DNA of 64,000 nucleotides from Lysobacteraceae bacterium. Lineage in GTDB: Bacteria; Pseudomonadota; Gammaproteobacteria; Xanthomonadales; Xanthomonadaceae. The translations under genes were made by a program, and so were the position numbers. Each line of letters opens with the position of its first letter. Within the stretch, counting starts at the first letter, position 1. The DNA is taken from positions 68,165-132,164 of the forward strand of contig JBEBKD010000003.1 in NCBI GenBank assembly GCA_040079515.1, read 5' to 3'. This document shows, piece after piece, positions 9,111-18,766 of this stretch. The notes under the pieces are model-generated. The model ran no database searches and was not told the DNA's origin. It saw only the letters and a list, made by a program, of their open reading frames with translations.

Positions 9111-12100
9111 TCACCTCGTGCGCGATTTGACCGCTCGCTGCACGTCGCGGCGGGTCTTCACCGGCTGTCTTGCCGGTGCTGACGTGGTGCGCGGCGTCGC
9201 AACCGGCCGCGACGAGGGCGCCGAACGCGCCGCCGACGTCGCCACCTGCGGCTGGCCCGGACCGCCAGTGCGGCGGATCTTCGGTACGACCCGGATCGTC
9301 GCGCTGCGCGTGATGCCGTCGTTCAATGTGATGTCCAAACGCAGACACTGGGCGGTGCCCGCGTAGTTGATCCACCAGTTGCGGCGGTAGCGGCCATCGC
9401 CGAAGTTCTCGAACGTGTTGGTCTCGCCGGCCGGCACGGTCGTGAGGGGCACAATCGTCGACGGGCAGGCGACTACCGTCGCTGCGCTGTTCACCAACAT
9501 CGCGTTGGCCACTGGCGCGCCGTTGGCATCGCGCAACCGCCATTCGAACGGCACCGATCGCGGCGCCTGCACCAGATACGCGGAAGTACCGCCCAGTGGC
9601 GCGCTGGTCGGTACGAAGTCGTAGGCGACGGTGTAGGGCGTGGTCTGAGTCACGGTATTGCCGACCCGGTCCGTTGCCGTGCAGGTGAGGGTCTTCTGGC
9701 CGACGGTCGCGGTGTCGATCGGAGAGCAACCGGCCGAGGCCAGACCGGAATGGTCGTCGGCCGCCGTCGGGATCACCTGCAACACCGACCCCAACAGGAT
9801 CGGATTGGGCAATGTCGGATTCTGCAGCGCGGGAAGCCAACGATCGACCTTGTAAGTGCGGAATGCAGAGGTCGTATTACCGGCGTTGTCGGTGACGTTC
9901 GTTCCGGCGGAGACACTCCATCCGGTGTCGGTCACCGCCTGCGGGGGAGGGCATGGCAGGGCAAGGCCGGAAGTCGCGTCGCTGCATGCGTAATGCTGCG
10001 TCAGATCGCGATACCAGCCATCCGCATTGGGTGTTCCCTCCTCCGTGATGGTCACGACGGGCGGCGTACGATCGATTTTCGCGGTCACCTGCGGCGTGCT
10101 CGCAGTGTTGCCGGCGTGATCCCGTATCGTGTAGGCAGGGAATACTGCGGTGCCATCTCCGCCCTCGGTCGCGTTTGCGGGACACGAAACCACACCCGAC
10201 AACCAGTCGTTGCAGTTGTAGAACATGGTGACTGTGGTGTTGTGCCAGCCTGCCGCATTGGGCTGCGACGACAAATTCGCACCGATCGTAGGCGGCGTGG
10301 CATCGCGCCGCATGAAGGCAAGCACCATGCCGGTCGTACCGCCGGCACTGCTCGCGCTGCAGTTGTCGACCACGTCCATATTCCGGTCATAGTTGACCGT
10401 CGTGCCTCTACAGCCGACCGTTTCGGTGATCGCCGACTCGGGATCGGTGATCGACCACCGCACGATCACGTCGCTCACGTACCAGTTCTCGTCGCCAAGC
10501 GTCCCTTCAAACACGGGGGTCACAACCGGCGGCGTGGTGTCCGCCGCATCCGCGCTGGAGTCCGGAGCTGCGGCATTCTGCATCTGCTCGGGGCGAAGCG
10601 GGCCGCCGGTGAAGCGAGACCTCACCGCCGTGAGTTGGAAGCCTTGACGTACCGACACGCCGTTGTCGTCGGTGGCCTCGATATCGAACGTGAATTGACC
10701 CAACGCGGAGGCGGTGCCCGACAGAAGCCCATCCTGGCCCAGCACCAGCCCTCCGGGCAACGCCCCGGACACGAGCCTGAACACCGGAGCCAGAGGCCGA
10801 TACCCGGATGACCCGACGACGCGCAGGGGCGTTGAATAGGCGGCACCGTATCTTGCGGGCGGCAAGGCCGACGAAACGAAGGCCATCGATGGAATCTGAG
10901 AATCTCCATTTCCGCCCCAGCAAAGCCTCACGCCGTCTTCGCGAATCGCGCAGCTGTTCACCGCGCCGGCATTGACGTCGACGAATCGTCCATCCTGTGG
11001 CGGCGAGGACTGACCGGCCGTGTTTCGCCCCCAGCATCTCAAGCCGCCGTCCTGCCGGATGGCGCATCCGTGGAACGCACCGATGGAAAGTGCGCGATAG
11101 GTTTCTCCGGCGACAACGGGCGGCGACGCCTGACCTTCGGAATTGAGCCCCCAACAACGCAGCGAACCATTGGAGGCGATCGCGCAGGAATGCCGCTCAC
11201 CGACATCGACGGCGAAGTAGTCGCCGGCCGGCGCGTTCGTCTGGCCATCCGCGCCATATCCCCAGCACAGCAACGTGCCCGAATCGCGTATCCCGCAACT
11301 ATGGTTCAGACCCGTCGCCACTTGACGGAAGAGATTGGCCGGTACGGTTCCCTGCCCGTTCGCGTTCCACCCCCAACATACGGCGGCGCCATCGGTCGCG
11401 ACACCGCAACCATTCAATTGCCCGGCGTCGAAGTCGCGCAACGCGACTGCCGGCGGTTGGGATTCCGCATGCAGATCGGAACCCCAGCAACGCAACCGGT
11501 GATCCGCGCCGAGGGCGCAGGCATGATCGGCATTGACGTCGATCGCTTTGGCGAGCACTGCCGGAGCGCGGCGCTGGCCGATCGAATCGTCACCCAGACA
11601 TGAGATGACGCCATCCGCGCGAAGATTGCATGCGTGTCTGGCACCGAGCGCGATCTCTCCAAGTCCGGAAACGCGCATCGGGCCATCGAACAGGACGACA
11701 TTGCATCTGACCCGCCGCTTCGCGTTTCCGTCGATCGTGCAGACATTGGTGCCATCCGCGACCAGCGACTCGAAGCTTCCGCCGGAAAATATCGGCGTCG
11801 CGGGACCACCGTCCTGACGGGAACAGACAATGCTATTGGGCACACTCAAACCGCAGAACATGACCTCGCTGTTGGCGATGGCGTCCCAGGTGGCGTTGAG
11901 GAATGTCGCTGGAATCTCCGCCGCGCCCGGGCCCCAGCACTGACCATGCCGATCTGCGGTATGGACACAGGCCCGCTTCGCATTGGCGGTGAGGCTGCGA
12001 TACCCGCTGCCCGTCGGGACGGTCGGAATATCAGCGGCCTGTCCCCAACACACGATTGCGCCGCCGTGCAGCAGACCACAACTGTAGGTATCGGCGGCCG

Positions 12101-13358
12101 CGATTTCGACGAACACGCCTGCCGGTGCATTGGCTTGTCCATGACTGTTGTCGCCCCAGCAAAAGGCGGTGCCATCTGTCCGGATCGCACAGGCATGGGC
12201 AGTGCCCAGGCTGAGCCTGGTCATCGGTTCGGCCGGAACGCCGGCGGGGAAGCTTCCCCAGCAAGCCACTCGATCGTCGCGGGCAATCCCGCAACCGCCT
12301 GTGGCATTCAAACCGATCGCTCGGAACCGCCCGCCCGGCGGTTGCACCGCAGTCTTCTGCATGACGCACAGCGAGCTTCCGAGTTCGTCGACCGCGCAGA
12401 TTTCCCCACCGCCAAGCGCGAGCTGCGCGATCGGTGCGCGGAAATTCTCGGTTGTCGACGGAAGATCTCTTATATAGACCGAAGAATTGCCCCAGCAGAC
12501 GGTTGTGCCGTTCGGCCGTCGGCCGCAGGAATAATTGCTGCCTGCAGATACGTCGGTATACGGACCGGGTAACGGCGTTGTCGCGCCGGTGCCATTGTCG
12601 CCCCAACAGACCGCTTGCCCAGTGTCGCGCAACGCGCAGCCGTGAGCGTACCCGGCACTGACCGAGACGAAGCCGGCGTCGACAGGCGCATCGGTACGAC
12701 CGTTGTAATTCGTCCCCCAGCAGGTCAGATGGCCATTGATACCTAGCCCACAGGCATATCTGTCGTTGACGCTGATTTCGACGAAACGTCCTTGCGGTAC
12801 GTTTTCAATGCCTGTGTTGGCTTCGCTCGCCCAGCAGGCCACGGTGCTGTCGTTGCGCAATGCACAGACGCTGGCGTAGCCCGCCGAAACCTGGAGATAG
12901 GTTTCCGCGGAAGGGGCGAGCAGGATCGCAGGCGCCGGTTTGCCCCAACATTGCAGCCGTCCGTCCATGTGTATCCCGCAGGCGAAGTCGCCGCCCGCAG
13001 CGACACTGCGCCATGGTCCGGCCATCGCGATGACGTCCGGATCCGGATAGCTGAAGCCCCAGCAGAGCGCGCTGCCATCGGTCTTCAGGCCGCAGGTGAT
13101 ATCGAACGAGCCGATCGATACGGCGGAAAAACGGTTCGACGAGAGTATCGCCGTCCGGTTGGAGGCTCCGAGACAACGTTGCCTGCCATCGCTATCGATC
13201 ATGCAGGCGCCCTGTTCGCCTGCGACCAGATCCCCGGTGGTCTGCGCCGGCCCCCGCTTCGCGAACGCCATCGCATCGCCGCATGCGGAAACAAGCCCGA
13301 CGATCAATCCCGCTGCAATCGCGAGGAAGGCTGCTTTTTCCGGTAATGCGCGCATCAT
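9111..13358 (-). CDS. Secreted RCC1/BLIP-II-repeat, Ig-like, PxKF-like protein (paralogue 2, ~1415 aa)
   Basis: Signal-like MMRALPEKAAFLAIAAGLIVGLVSACGDAMAFA; 21 repeats; same C-terminal domain and basic tail as paralogue 1. Start is uncertain (13358 vs 13493). Confidence 0.8.
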   Translation of the reverse strand: MMRALPEKAAFLAIAAGLIVGLVSACGDAMAFAKRGPAQTTGDLVAGEQGACMIDSDGRQRCLGASNRTAILSSNRFSAVSIGSFDITCGLKTDGSALCWGFSYPDPDVIAMAGPWRSVAAGGDFACGIHMDGRLQCWGKPAPAILLAPSAETYLQVSAGYASVCALRNDSTVACWASEANTGIENVPQGRFVEISVNDRYACGLGINGHLTCWGTNYNGRTDAPVDAGFVSVSAGYAHGCALRDTGQAVCWGDNGTGATTPLPGPYTDVSAGSNYSCGRRPNGTTVCWGNSSVYIRDLPSTTENFRAPIAQLALGGGEICAVDELGSSLCVMQKTAVQPPGGRFRAIGLNATGGCGIARDDRVACWGSFPAGVPAEPMTRLSLGTAHACAIRTDGTAFCWGDNSHGQANAPAGVFVEIAAADTYSCGLLHGGAIVCWGQAADIPTVPTGSGYRSLTANAKRACVHTADRHGQCWGPGAAEIPATFLNATWDAIANSEVMFCGLSVPNSIVCSRQDGGPATPIFSGGSFESLVADGTNVCTIDGNAKRRVRCNVVLFDGPMRVSGLGEIALGARHACNLRADGVISCLGDDSIGQRRAPAVLAKAIDVNADHACALGADHRLRCWGSDLHAESQPPAVALRDFDAGQLNGCGVATDGAAVCWGWNANGQGTVPANLFRQVATGLNHSCGIRDSGTLLCWGYGADGQTNAPAGDYFAVDVGERHSCAIASNGSLRCWGLNSEGQASPPVVAGETYRALSIGAFHGCAIRQDGGLRCWGRNTAGQSSPPQDGRFVDVNAGAVNSCAIREDGVRLCWGGNGDSQIPSMAFVSSALPPARYGAAYSTPLRVVGSSGYRPLAPVFRLVSGALPGGLVLGQDGLLSGTASALGQFTFDIEATDDNGVSVRQGFQLTAVRSRFTGGPLRPEQMQNAAAPDSSADAADTTPPVVTPVFEGTLGDENWYVSDVIVRWSITDPESAITETVGCRGTTVNYDRNMDVVDNCSASSAGGTTGMVLAFMRRDATPPTIGANLSSQPNAAGWHNTTVTMFYNCNDWLSGVVSCPANATEGGDGTAVFPAYTIRDHAGNTASTPQVTAKIDRTPPVVTITEEGTPNADGWYRDLTQHYACSDATSGLALPCPPPQAVTDTGWSVSAGTNVTDNAGNTTSAFRTYKVDRWLPALQNPTLPNPILLGSVLQVIPTAADDHSGLASAGCSPIDTATVGQKTLTCTATDRVGNTVTQTTPYTVAYDFVPTSAPLGGTSAYLVQAPRSVPFEWRLRDANGAPVANAMLVNSAATVVACPSTIVPLTTVPAGETNTFENFGDGRYRRNWWINYAGTAQCLRLDITLNDGITRSATIRVVPKIRRTGGPGQPQVATSAARSAPSSRPVATPRTTSAPARQPVKTRRDVQRAVKSRTR

Positions 13359-13675
13359 CGTCTCGCTCGGGAATGAGATGTGGCTCGGGCGCGCGTCGGC
13401 GATATCCTGGCTGGAGGAATACACACGCTTTCGGTGCCGCCAACTGGCGCGCGCGGCCATTGGCGCACGCGCTGCGAATGAAGTAACTGGCATTTCATCG
13501 AGGACCCCTGGCGTTCAAAAAAACCGTACCCGAAAGACGAACTGGATTCGGCGCCAGAAGGAAAAGTCATCGAACCGGACGCAGACCCCACCTGTGGCGG
13601 CAGCCACACCACAAGGCCGACGATTACGAGCGAAGACCACCGCCACCGCTGCACACCACGCTTCATCCAATTCAT
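13355..13675 (-). pseudogene. Orphan 5' end (RBS + signal peptide) of a paralogue-1-like gene
   Basis: MNWMKRGVQRWRWSSLVIVGLVVWLPPQVGSASGS parallels the paralogue 1 N-terminus; 36-nt identity between 13671-13706 and 9041-9076; out of frame with paralogue 2. Confidence 0.6.
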
Positions 13676-13765
13676 CGCAAACCCCTGTGATTCGAACGCT
13701 GACGATTCGACCTTGTGTGATCCGACTGCACACGCCGCCGCCCATGTCGAACGGTGCGTGATTGA

Positions 13766-16700
13766 TTACCGTGCGCGCGATTTGACCGACCCCTGCACAG
13801 CGCGGCGCGTCTTGACCGGATGTCTTGCCGGCATCGGCACGCTGCGCGGCGTCGCGACCGGTTGCGACGAAGGTGCCGAACGCGCCGCTGGCGTCGCCAC
13901 CTGCGGCTGACCCGGGCCGCCGGTGCGGCGGATCTTCGGCACGATCCGGATCGTCGCGCTGCGGGTGATGCCGTCGTTGAGCACGACGTCCAGGCGCACA
14001 CAGCTGATCGGATTGGTCGGGTTGATCCACCAGTTGCGGCGGTAGCGGCCGTCGCCGAAGTTCTCGAAAGTGTTGGTCTCGCCGGCCGGCGGGGTCGGCA
14101 GCGGCACGCCGGTATTCGGACAGCTCACTTCGGTGACGATGGTCTGGGTCAGGGTCGCGTTGGTGATCGCCACACCGTTGGCATCGCGCACCCGCCACTC
14201 GAACGGCACGGAGCGCGGCGCTTCGACCAGATACAGCTGACCGGGATTGCTCATCGGCGCGGACAGCGGCACGAAGTCGTAGACCACGCGATAGGTGGCG
14301 GTACGGCTGGCCATGTTGCCGGCGCGGTCGGTGGCGTTGCAGGTCACGGTCTTCTGGCCCACCGTCTGCGTATCCAGTGGCGTACACGCGGCCGAAACCA
14401 CCCCGGAAATCGGATCGTTTGCGACCGGTGTCACCGTGTACTGGCCGTTGAGCAGCACCGTAGTGGGCAGCGGGATGCTCGTGATGACCGGGGCAGTCTT
14501 GTCGATGTTCACGACTACGGTGGTGGTCGACTGCAGCCCGGCGACATCGTGCACGGGCACAGTCCGCGTGACGTTGGCGCCTTCATCGGACAGCGTCAGG
14601 CTGATGGGGCAATCGCCGGGCTGGATCCCCGAGACCGCATCGGCACAATCGAATTCGATCACGACGTCGTGGTTGTACCAGCCATTGTTGTTCGGCTGAC
14701 TCGTATACCGGGGCACGATGGTCGGAAACGTACGATCGATCTTGACCGTGACCACATTCGAGGTCGCACTGTTGCCGGCGATATCGCGGGTCGTCTTCGC
14801 CGTGCTCGATATCGCGGAGCCCTCCTGGGTCAACTCCTGAGCAGGCGGGCAGCCGATCGCCAAGCCCGAGGTCGCATCCATGCAGCTGTGCGCAACCGTG
14901 ACCGGAACGGTGTACCACCCGGCCGAGCCATTCGGCGCAGCGGTCGGCGCGGCGATGATGGCGGGCGCGACCGTATCGCGACGCAAAACCACCGCAGCCT
15001 GCGCGCGTCCCGCCCAGCTCTTGGCTTCGCAGTACTGCGCGATGGAGCCCTCGACGTTCAGCGTAAACGGTTCGCAGCCGACCACATCGCGCAGCGGCGT
15101 CTGCGGGTCGCTGACCGACCAGGTGAGGCGCACGTCGTCGAGATACCAGCCGTTGTCGCCCGCCGTGCCCACGATGTTCGGCACGATCACCGGCACGCTG
15201 GTGTCCTGCAGAACCGTCCAGGTGAAGGTGGCCGGCGTGGGGTCGACGTTGCCGGCGGCGTCCTTGGCCCGCACCCGCATGGTGTAGGTGCCGGGATAGC
15301 CGGGGAACGTCCCGGCAGGCAGTACATAGGGCGAAACGCAGTCGTAATAGGAATATTCCGACTCGTACTGGGTCGGATTGCACTCGAAACCGGCGTGCCC
15401 GGAAAGATCCGGCCCGACGGATTCGAACGTGAACGGCTGCTCTTCGACCCCGTAATTGTTCTGTGTTGGTGGGACCTGCAACAGCAAGGTCTGCGGCGGT
15501 GTCGCGTCGCGTCGCAGCGAAACGGTGCGTTCGGTCGTGCCGCTGCTGTTGGTGGCGACGCAGTGGAATTCGACGGCTGGCGTGTCGTAATCCACGGTCA
15601 CCGCATCACAGCCACTGGTGGTCAGACCAGCACCGAGTGGCGTGATGGTCCAGGTCACATGGACGTCGCTGGAGTACCAACCACTGCCATTGCGGTGGAC
15701 GCCGTCCACGAGCACTTCGATCTGCGGCCGCGGCGGCAACACGGTGATCTGGATCTCGCGCTCGGCCTGCAGGCCGTTTTCGTCGTGCCCCCGCAGGTTC
15801 AGGGTGTAGGTGCCTTCGAGGTAGGGGCGCCCGACGAGTTGACCGTAGACATTCATGCCGATGCCGGGCGGCAATTCGCCGCTGACGAATTGGAACCTGG
15901 GCGCTACGGGCACGTATCCACCGGTGCCAACCAAGATCAGATCAAGGCGGTAGTCGGCATCGGCGATGGCCTGCGGCAGCGTCGCAGGTCCGATCGATAG
16001 CTGCGGCGCCTGCCCCTGCTCGTTAGCGCCCCAGCACAGGCGTACGCCGTCGTCGCGGACCGCGCAGGTATGCGCGGCGCCAGCGGCGATCGACACGAAC
16101 ACGCCTTCCTCAGGCGGCGTGGCCTGCCCACGATCGTTGCGTCCCCAGCAGGCGATGCTGCCGAGACTGACGATGGCGCAGTTGTGGAACGCGCCGACCG
16201 CGAGCGCGCGATAACTGGCGCCCGGCAGATCGGGTAGTGTGGTCTGGCCTTCCGTGCCCAGACCCCAGCATTGCAGACCGCCATTCGCGGCGATCGCACA
16301 GCTGTGACGTTCGCCGACATCGACTTCACTGAACACGCCTGCGGGCGCGGTGGCCTGACCGTCGGCGTTGTAGCCCCAGCAGGCGATCGTGCCGTCGTCG
16401 CGCACCCCGCAACTGTGGTTCAAGCCGGTGGCGACGCTGCGGAACGGGCCAGCCGGCGGCGTGTTCTGGCCGTTGACGTTCCAACCCCAGCAGCCGGCGC
16501 TGCCGTTCGCGCCGACCGTGCAACCGTTGAACTGGCCGATATCGAGCCCGCGCGATGCACCGACCGGCGGCGTCGATGCGGCATGCGTGTTGTCGCCCCA
16601 GCAGACGGTCTGGCCATCGCCGCGCAGACTGCAGCTGTGGTCGCCGTTGGCGGAGACGCTGCGTGCGCGGTGGATCGGCACATTGCGTTGACCAAGCGCC

Positions 16701-18502
16701 GCATCACCCCAGCAGCCCACGCCACGATTGCCGCGCACGGTGCAGCTGTGCGCCTCGCCTGCGGCGATGCCAGCGGCGGCGGCCAGCACGGTCGGGCTGG
16801 CTTTGGTCGAGGTCTGCGAACCCCAGCAGCGCATCTGTTCGAGGTCGGCCACGCAGGTCGTATCGCCGAACGCGGCCATGCGGAAGTAGCCGGTGCCGGT
16901 GGGCGCCAGCAGCTGCCCCTGGGAACCGTCGCCCCAGCATTGCATCGGGCCCGAGCTGAACGGGTCGCTGGTCGTACCGATCGCACAAACATGGCGCGCA
17001 CCCACCGCGATCGCTGCGAACGTCTGATTCGACGGCGGCTGCAGAAGCGCGGCATTGCTGCCCCAACATGAGGCATAGCCGCTGTTGTCGAGCACGCAGG
17101 CATTGCCGGCATGCACGCTCAGCGCGCGGAACAGTCCCTGCGGCGCATCGGTGACCCCAAGCCCCTGGCCCCAGCAGACCAGACCGGCATAGCCGCTCAA
17201 TCCACAGGTGAACCGGTCGCCGCTGGCGATCGTGCTGAACGCCTGGTAGTCGACCTGCGGCGGAGGCGTCGCCTCGCCGAAGCTGTTGTCGCCCCAGCAC
17301 GCTGCTCCACCATTCAAGCGCAAAGCGCAGACGTGAGTACTCCCGACACTGATCGCAGTCATCGGCTCATTGGGCGGTGTGCCCAGTGGCGCGCCCCAGC
17401 ACAGCGGCAGGCCGTCGACAGTGAGACCGCAGGCACTCGATGTGCCGAAACTCAGGGCGTCGTAGCCACGCACAACAGGCGTCAGCGTCGATGTCGCACC
17501 CACGCATCCGTAGTTGCCTTCGTAGACGAGCCCGCAGGCCTGATCCGGTCCGACCGCGAGCGCCTGGAAGTTGTAGGTCGGCGGATCGAGTTCACCTTGA
17601 GCGCCAGTACCGCCCCAGCACTGGATCGAACCTTCTTCGTTACGTGCGCAGGTATGCAGACGACCGGCGCTGATCGCATCGAAACGACCCGCGGGCGCGT
17701 TGCGCTGGCCGGCCGCATTGCTGCCCCAGCAGACGATGCTGCCGTTGTCCTCGATGCCGCAGGCGTGCTGGTAGCCGGACGCGACCGCGACGAAATTCGG
17801 CGCTGTCGGCGCGCTGGTCTGGCCTTGGGCGTTGGACCCCCAGCACTGGACCTTGCCATCGCTGCGCAGCGCACAGGCATGACTGGAGCCGAGGCTCAGC
17901 GCGAAATAGCGTCCGGTCGGCACGGTACCCAGACTGGCGACCCCCGCCGCCTGCCAGCATTGGAGAGCGCCATCGCTACGGATCGCGCAGCCGCGCCCCG
18001 GCGAAACGCTGACCGCGATGAACGTGCCGGTGGTCGGCGCAGCGGCCGACATCGCACCGCCCCAGCAGCGCAGCTGACCATCGCTGCGCAGCCCGCAGTT
18101 CTCGCCCTGCCCGGCACTGAGAGCAACGTATGGGCCTACCGGCGGCGAGCTCGAAACTCCGGCCGGATTGCCCCAGCAGATCGGCTGGCCATCGCCGCGC
18201 AGCGCGCAGGCATGATCGAATCCGGCACTCACCGACAGGTAATACCCTTGCGGGGGCAGCGCCTGACCGGCAGCGTTCTCGCCCCAGCATTTCAGGGTGC
18301 CGCTCTCGAGCGTGCCGTTCAACATCCCGCCCTCGAACAGGCCGCAGGCGAAGTATTCGCCCGCATCCAAGCTCGCAGCCGCGCTGCGGGCATGCGACAG
18401 TGTCTGTGCGCAGACCGGGGCGGGCAGAGAACACCATGCCAGCCCTGCAGCGACCGCAAGCGACCATAGCCGCACAACGCCTGGATTGCGCAACAACCTC
18501 AT
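13766..18502 (-). CDS. Secreted RCC1/BLIP-II-repeat, Ig-like, PxKF-like protein (paralogue 3, ~1578 aa)
   Basis: ATG at 18502 with AGGGGG RBS; signal MRLLRNPGVVRLWSLAVAAGLAWCSLPAPVCA; 21 repeats; C-terminus nearly identical to paralogue 1. Confidence 0.85.
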   Translation of the reverse strand: MRLLRNPGVVRLWSLAVAAGLAWCSLPAPVCAQTLSHARSAAASLDAGEYFACGLFEGGMLNGTLESGTLKCWGENAAGQALPPQGYYLSVSAGFDHACALRGDGQPICWGNPAGVSSSPPVGPYVALSAGQGENCGLRSDGQLRCWGGAMSAAAPTTGTFIAVSVSPGRGCAIRSDGALQCWQAAGVASLGTVPTGRYFALSLGSSHACALRSDGKVQCWGSNAQGQTSAPTAPNFVAVASGYQHACGIEDNGSIVCWGSNAAGQRNAPAGRFDAISAGRLHTCARNEEGSIQCWGGTGAQGELDPPTYNFQALAVGPDQACGLVYEGNYGCVGATSTLTPVVRGYDALSFGTSSACGLTVDGLPLCWGAPLGTPPNEPMTAISVGSTHVCALRLNGGAACWGDNSFGEATPPPQVDYQAFSTIASGDRFTCGLSGYAGLVCWGQGLGVTDAPQGLFRALSVHAGNACVLDNSGYASCWGSNAALLQPPSNQTFAAIAVGARHVCAIGTTSDPFSSGPMQCWGDGSQGQLLAPTGTGYFRMAAFGDTTCVADLEQMRCWGSQTSTKASPTVLAAAAGIAAGEAHSCTVRGNRGVGCWGDAALGQRNVPIHRARSVSANGDHSCSLRGDGQTVCWGDNTHAASTPPVGASRGLDIGQFNGCTVGANGSAGCWGWNVNGQNTPPAGPFRSVATGLNHSCGVRDDGTIACWGYNADGQATAPAGVFSEVDVGERHSCAIAANGGLQCWGLGTEGQTTLPDLPGASYRALAVGAFHNCAIVSLGSIACWGRNDRGQATPPEEGVFVSIAAGAAHTCAVRDDGVRLCWGANEQGQAPQLSIGPATLPQAIADADYRLDLILVGTGGYVPVAPRFQFVSGELPPGIGMNVYGQLVGRPYLEGTYTLNLRGHDENGLQAEREIQITVLPPRPQIEVLVDGVHRNGSGWYSSDVHVTWTITPLGAGLTTSGCDAVTVDYDTPAVEFHCVATNSSGTTERTVSLRRDATPPQTLLLQVPPTQNNYGVEEQPFTFESVGPDLSGHAGFECNPTQYESEYSYYDCVSPYVLPAGTFPGYPGTYTMRVRAKDAAGNVDPTPATFTWTVLQDTSVPVIVPNIVGTAGDNGWYLDDVRLTWSVSDPQTPLRDVVGCEPFTLNVEGSIAQYCEAKSWAGRAQAAVVLRRDTVAPAIIAAPTAAPNGSAGWYTVPVTVAHSCMDATSGLAIGCPPAQELTQEGSAISSTAKTTRDIAGNSATSNVVTVKIDRTFPTIVPRYTSQPNNNGWYNHDVVIEFDCADAVSGIQPGDCPISLTLSDEGANVTRTVPVHDVAGLQSTTTVVVNIDKTAPVITSIPLPTTVLLNGQYTVTPVANDPISGVVSAACTPLDTQTVGQKTVTCNATDRAGNMASRTATYRVVYDFVPLSAPMSNPGQLYLVEAPRSVPFEWRVRDANGVAITNATLTQTIVTEVSCPNTGVPLPTPPAGETNTFENFGDGRYRRNWWINPTNPISCVRLDVVLNDGITRSATIRIVPKIRRTGGPGQPQVATPAARSAPSSQPVATPRSVPMPARHPVKTRRAVQGSVKSRAR

Positions 18503-18766
18503 CGAAACCCCCTGTCGTTCGACCGCATCCGGAACATCCAAGGGACTTCGCTCAAGTTCGACGACTGCGGCAGTCATCGTCGTCGCCATTCCTTCTCTGC
18601 ATCCGCGCGCACCTGTTATCGGCACGCCCGCTGGCCCCTGCCGGCCAAACCCCGGCGGGGATTCTACCGGTGAACCGCGGTGTTTTCGACCGCGCCGCGT
18701 CTGAAGCCGGATGGACTCATGCAAAATGGAGCCTCGCCCATGTCACACCCCCGCGCGGAGCCTCCG

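Noticed and set aside
13517-13523. T7 slippery run as a programmed frameshift joining the 13675 signal peptide to paralogue 2
   Set aside because: The -1 frame reads TTT TTT TGA (immediate stop) and the +1 frame also stops within a few codons, so slippage here cannot produce the fusion.
6600-18350. Periodic CCCCAGCA repeats suggesting a CRISPR or DNA repeat array
   Set aside because: They are the codons for the CWG motif of protein repeats within open frames; there is no constant repeat/spacer structure and no cas genes.
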